Made by a program: the position numbers and the translations under genes. Below are positions 60,416 to 64,000 of a stretch of DNA of 64,000 bases, piece after piece. The stretch lies in the NCBI GenBank assembly GCA_963727835.1, contig CAVSIB010000055.1, forward strand, positions 439 to 64,438, in the 5' to 3' direction. This stretch comes from an uncultured delta proteobacterium. GTDB lineage: Bacteria > Desulfobacterota > WTBG01 > JAGOGO01. Position 1 is the first letter of the stretch, and every line of letters starts with the position of its first letter. The notes beneath the pieces were generated by a model. The model ran no database searches and was not told the DNA's origin. It saw nothing but the letters and a program-made list of their open reading frames with translations.

Positions 60416-60830
60416 ATGCTGTTAAAACTTCAAAAGAAAACTAAAGGTTTTACACTGATTGAGCTTATGATCGTTGTGGCCATTATTGGTATCTTGGCTG
60501 CGATCGCTATCCCCAATTTTTTGCGTTATCAGCAAAAGGCCCGGCAGGCAGAGGCTAAAGCAAATTTGGGCGCTATTTTTACTGCCGAGGCGAGTTATCA
60601 TGCCGAGAACAAAAACATACGCTACCAGAAAGGATGCCGCCGGCAATGTATTGCTAAATTGGGCTCCTACAGGCATTACCCGTTACACTTATTCAATATC
60701 AGGTGTTTCCAGCACTGCGTTTCTTGCCACAGCAACAGGGAGGATCAGTTCTTCTGCAGGTGCCCCGGTGGATACCTGGACAATTGATCAGACTCGGACT
60801 TTGACTAATACCATCAATGGTATCCAGTAG
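60416..60830 (+). CDS. pilA: Type IVa major pilin, one frameshift at the A5 run 60611-60615
   Basis: Leader [11 protein letters not shown]|[24 protein letters not shown] after an AAGGGGGTG RBS. Removing one A joins [11 protein letters not shown]...TINGIQ*, giving about 126 aa mature. Confidence 0.93.
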
Positions 60831-60865
60831 TTAAATTAAACACCATTTCTCGTTGGTATCACATA

Positions 60866-60905
60866 ATACAGAAGGCTGACTTTATGTCTGCCTTCTGTAT
60901 TTATA
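60866..60905 (+). terminator. Intrinsic terminator-like hairpin after pilA
   Basis: 11-bp stem ATACAGAAGGC / GCCTTCTGTAT followed by a T-rich tract. Confidence 0.65.
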
Positions 60906-60960
60906 TTGCTAAATAGCAAGAAATGGTAAGAAATTTTTATCTAATGAAATTTGATTAACT

Positions 60961-63079
60961 TTGTTAAGAATTTTTGCAGATAAGCCACGCATACTTTCCT
61001 TTATTATTTTTCTCATCTCTTTAATCCTTTATCTTTCCACTCTTTGTCCAGACCTTTACTGGAGGGATTCTGGTGAGTTTCCCGTAGTGGCCTATCAATT
61101 AGGAATAGCTCACCCTGCGGGCTCTCCCTTCTATGCCTTAATCACCAAAATCTTTACCTTTCTTCCCTTCGGCAATATCGCTTTTAAAGTAAACCTTGCC
61201 TCCGCTTTCTTCGGCGCTGTCCTTATCAGCCTTATTTTCCTTTTGATCAATGAATGTCTTAAACTTATCTTCCCTTCCCAAAATGATAAACATTGGCGTG
61301 CCTTGAGCGGAGCCCTTGCTGCTTCTCTATACGCAGTTTCTGCCATCTGGGAAAACTCGGTTGTGGCCGAAGTGTATACCCTCCAAAATTGTTTTATCGT
61401 TTTAATCGCACTTTTACTCGTTCGGGGAATCAAGCAAACCGAAAAAAAATCTTGCCTTTACCTGGCTGCTTTTCTTTTCGGCCTTAGCAGCGGAGCCCAT
61501 ATCATCATGATCCTCTATATACCGACTCTCCTCCTTTTTCTCTGGTTATTCTACCGAAACTCTATTCGCTTATCTCATCTGGGAATCATAATTACGTTCG
61601 TCATCTTAGGCGCTTCTATCTATCTCTACCTCCCTGTAAGAGCATCAGTTAATCCCTATTATGACTGGGGTAATCCGAAGAATGTTAAAAATTTTATTGT
61701 CCATGTGACGGATCAAAAAGATGCCTCATGCCACTTTTCCTTTAATCCACAAGGCGTTATGCACACTCTCAAAAAATATGGCCACTTTTACTTTGAAGAT
61801 TTTAATGTTATGGGAATTTTCTTGGGTTTGGCAGGACTGGGAATCTTTTGTCGAAAAAATCCCCGCCTTTTCCTTGGCCTTGGAGCATTTTTCTTTAGCC
61901 AGTGGTTTTTCTTTATCCGTTATTGGCCATGGTCTTCAGCCTATATTGGTACGTTTATCTTTTTTTGCTTGGGAATTGGAGTCGCTTTTTTTGTTATTAT
62001 CGTAAAATTTAACAAAATGAATTTAAATAAAACCATTCGTTGGTATCAGCGCTATTTGGTTTTCGGTGTTGCAGGTTCCCTGTGCATAATCTATTTTTTC
62101 TTTTTTATAAAATCAAACTGGGTTGAGAATAACAAATCAATCTATTGGAATGCATATAATTTTAACCGATATTTCTTAAATCAAATGGAATATAAAGGCT
62201 GTCTGATATCTTCGATTACTTACTTCGGCACATCCTACATGCAGCAATGTGAAAATTACCGCCTGGATATTACAAACTTTTTAGTTTCTGAGTTTTTTGC
62301 CCCTGAATTTTTTAATCAAGTTACCCAAAATCGTTTTCCCCTTGTAATGATTCCTCCTATCAATAATCCTTCCATAGGTGAAGCTATTATTAACATGAAC
62401 ATAAAAAATAATCTTTTTTACTGGGAACCAGATCGCAAATTCAATAAAAGAGTTGAAGCGAACCTTCAACCAGATGGGTTGCTACTTCTACATTACCCCC
62501 TCTCCCCAACCCATTAGTCAAGAGTCAATAAAAATCCATTTAAATAAAATAAGAGATTTTTTTAATAACAAAATATTAGGTTTCTCGCAACCCACGGATA
62601 TGGAAGAAAAAAACATGTACAGTGTATTGCTGGAAAGCTCTTCCGCTATTTTTTTTAATAAAGGGGAGTACCCTTTGGCTATCCAACACCTTCAAGCGGC
62701 TGATATACTTACTCCTGATGATGTGGCAGTCCTGAATGATTTGGCAGCGGTTTATGCTGAGATGGGCCTTTTTGATAAAGCTGAAATCAGTTTAAAAAAA
62801 GCTTTGGATATTTTTCCCTCTGATATCTTTACCCTTCAAAATTTAGGTCAACTATATCTTTATACCCAACACTATGATATGGCACTGCCCGTTTACAAAA
62901 AAATCCTTAAAGAAGATCCAAAAAACTTAAAAGCAAATTTTGACCTTGGCCTTTGTTATGAAAAAATCGGAAACATTGGCAAGGCCAATGATTCATTTCA
63001 AAGGGTAATCACCCTGAGTCCAAAAGATCCACTGGCCACCGAAGCACGGGAAAAGTTATCCACCATCACTATGCATTGA
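60961..63079 (+). CDS. DUF2723 (TMEM260-like) membrane glycosyltransferase with C-terminal TPRs; frameshift near 62480
   Basis: TLCPDLYWRDSGEF...LGIAHPAGSPFY..ITKIF.FLPFGNIAFKVN..SA, AEVYTL and YLYLPVRA...DWGNP motifs; about 11 TM segments. 62453-63079 encodes TPRs (AVLNDLAAVYAEMGLFDKAE...). Confidence 0.85.
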
Positions 63080-63143
63080 TTATTTCTTACCCTTATGATA
63101 ATTAAAAAAATTAAACTCTTCGCTTTCTGAAAAAGGGGTGTCA

Positions 63144-64000
63144 ATGTATAAAAATAAAACTATCGGGGTAGTAGTACCAGCATATAATGAAGAAACTCTG
63201 ATCGTCCGCGTCATTGATACCATGCCTGATTTTGTTGATAAAATCATTGCTGTCAATGACGCCAGCACTGATAATACCGCTTGGGTTTTAGAAAATGAAA
63301 AAAACATCACTCTAACCTCGAAATAATCACTCATACGAAAAATCAGGGAGTCGGAGGAGCTATTATTACGGGATATAAGCGCGCCAAAGAGATAAAAATC
63401 GATGTGGCTGTGGTTATGGCCGGTGATGCACAAATGGACCCCACCGACCTTCCAGCCATTATTGCCCCAGTGGTAAATAATCAGGTTGACTATAGTAAAG
63501 GGAACCGACTGTTTCGGGGAGAATCTTGGAGCATGATACCCCATTATAGATATTTGGGAAACTCCTTCCTCTCCTTCCTTACCAAGATTGCCTCTGGTTA
63601 TTGGCATATTGCTGATTCTCAATGTGGATACACCGCTATTTCCCTCAATGCCCTTAATCTCCTTGATTTAGACGATATCTATAAAAAATATGGTGTACCG
63701 AATGACATCCTTATTAAACTTAATATTGAAAATCTGCGGGTCGCGATGAAGTATACGGCCAATTTACAACATCGGTGAAAAATCGGGGATCCGTCTTTGG
63801 AAAGCAATTCCTACTATAAGTAGACTACTTTTTCGGGGATTTTTTCTGCGCCTTTTCATTAAGTATGTGATCAAGGATTTTCATCCTCTTGTTCTGTTCT
63901 ATTGCATGGCTTTTACAACTATCCCTCTAGCCTTTATATTCCTTTGTAGAGTTTTTTATATTTATTATAATACCGGCCTTGTTCCACCCACATCGCACTT
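63144..64000 (+). CDS. GT2 glycosyltransferase (polyprenyl-phosphate sugar synthase/DPM1-like), frameshifted, runs off the window
   Basis: VVVPAYNEE, VNDASTD, NQGVGGAI.TGY, MAGDAQMDP, GNR and DSQCGY motifs; C-terminal hydrophobic segments. Breaks near 63310 and 63745. Confidence 0.85.

Noticed and set aside
60611-60615. Phase variation of pilA by slipped-strand mispairing
   Set aside because: An A5 run is too short for a typical contingency locus, and similar indels occur throughout the window.
1-64000. CRISPR arrays, rRNA, tRNA and known riboswitches
   Set aside because: No regularly spaced direct repeats or recognisable RNA-gene signatures were found by eye. An Infernal/tRNAscan run would be needed to exclude weak hits.

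Overview
Bacterial chromosomal window. The gene set looks like an anaerobic Desulfobacterota/'deltaproteobacterial' organism (inference from gene content, not a database result). From start to end it holds: a pdhA-osmC-pdhB-pdhC-lipA-lipB operon; a GT11 fucosyltransferase, an MBL hydrolase and an AlkD-like gene; a decayed IS110; a 13-gene complex I operon in which the nuoEFG slot is occupied by an SfrB/SfrA-like NADPH-oxidoreductase pair (nuoABCD-sfrB-sfrA-nuoHIJKLMN); thrC, argC, dacA, yhaM; a spermidine-synthase-fold membrane protein converging on a Tat-signal radical SAM enzyme; glgC, mltA, a ClpX-like ATPase and a J-protein; glnS, gltX, hisS; a hidden beta-barrel pseudogene and a bounded IS1595; aspS; a Re-citrate-synthase-like enzyme with a C-terminal Cache-like domain coupled to an orphan LeuC-type subunit; lpxC (sigma54-type promoter)-DUF4390-ntrY-ntrX; an IS481 remnant; and a pilA-DUF2723/TPR-GT2 locus. 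Many genes are split by single-base indels, mostly in homopolymers and most likely long-read assembly errors. I saw no tRNA, rRNA or CRISPR array. Family assignments come from motif recognition by eye. The top candidates for undescribed biology are the SfrAB-headed (NADPH-linked) complex I, the pilin/TMEM260-like glycosylation locus, and the OsmC gene embedded in the PDH operon.
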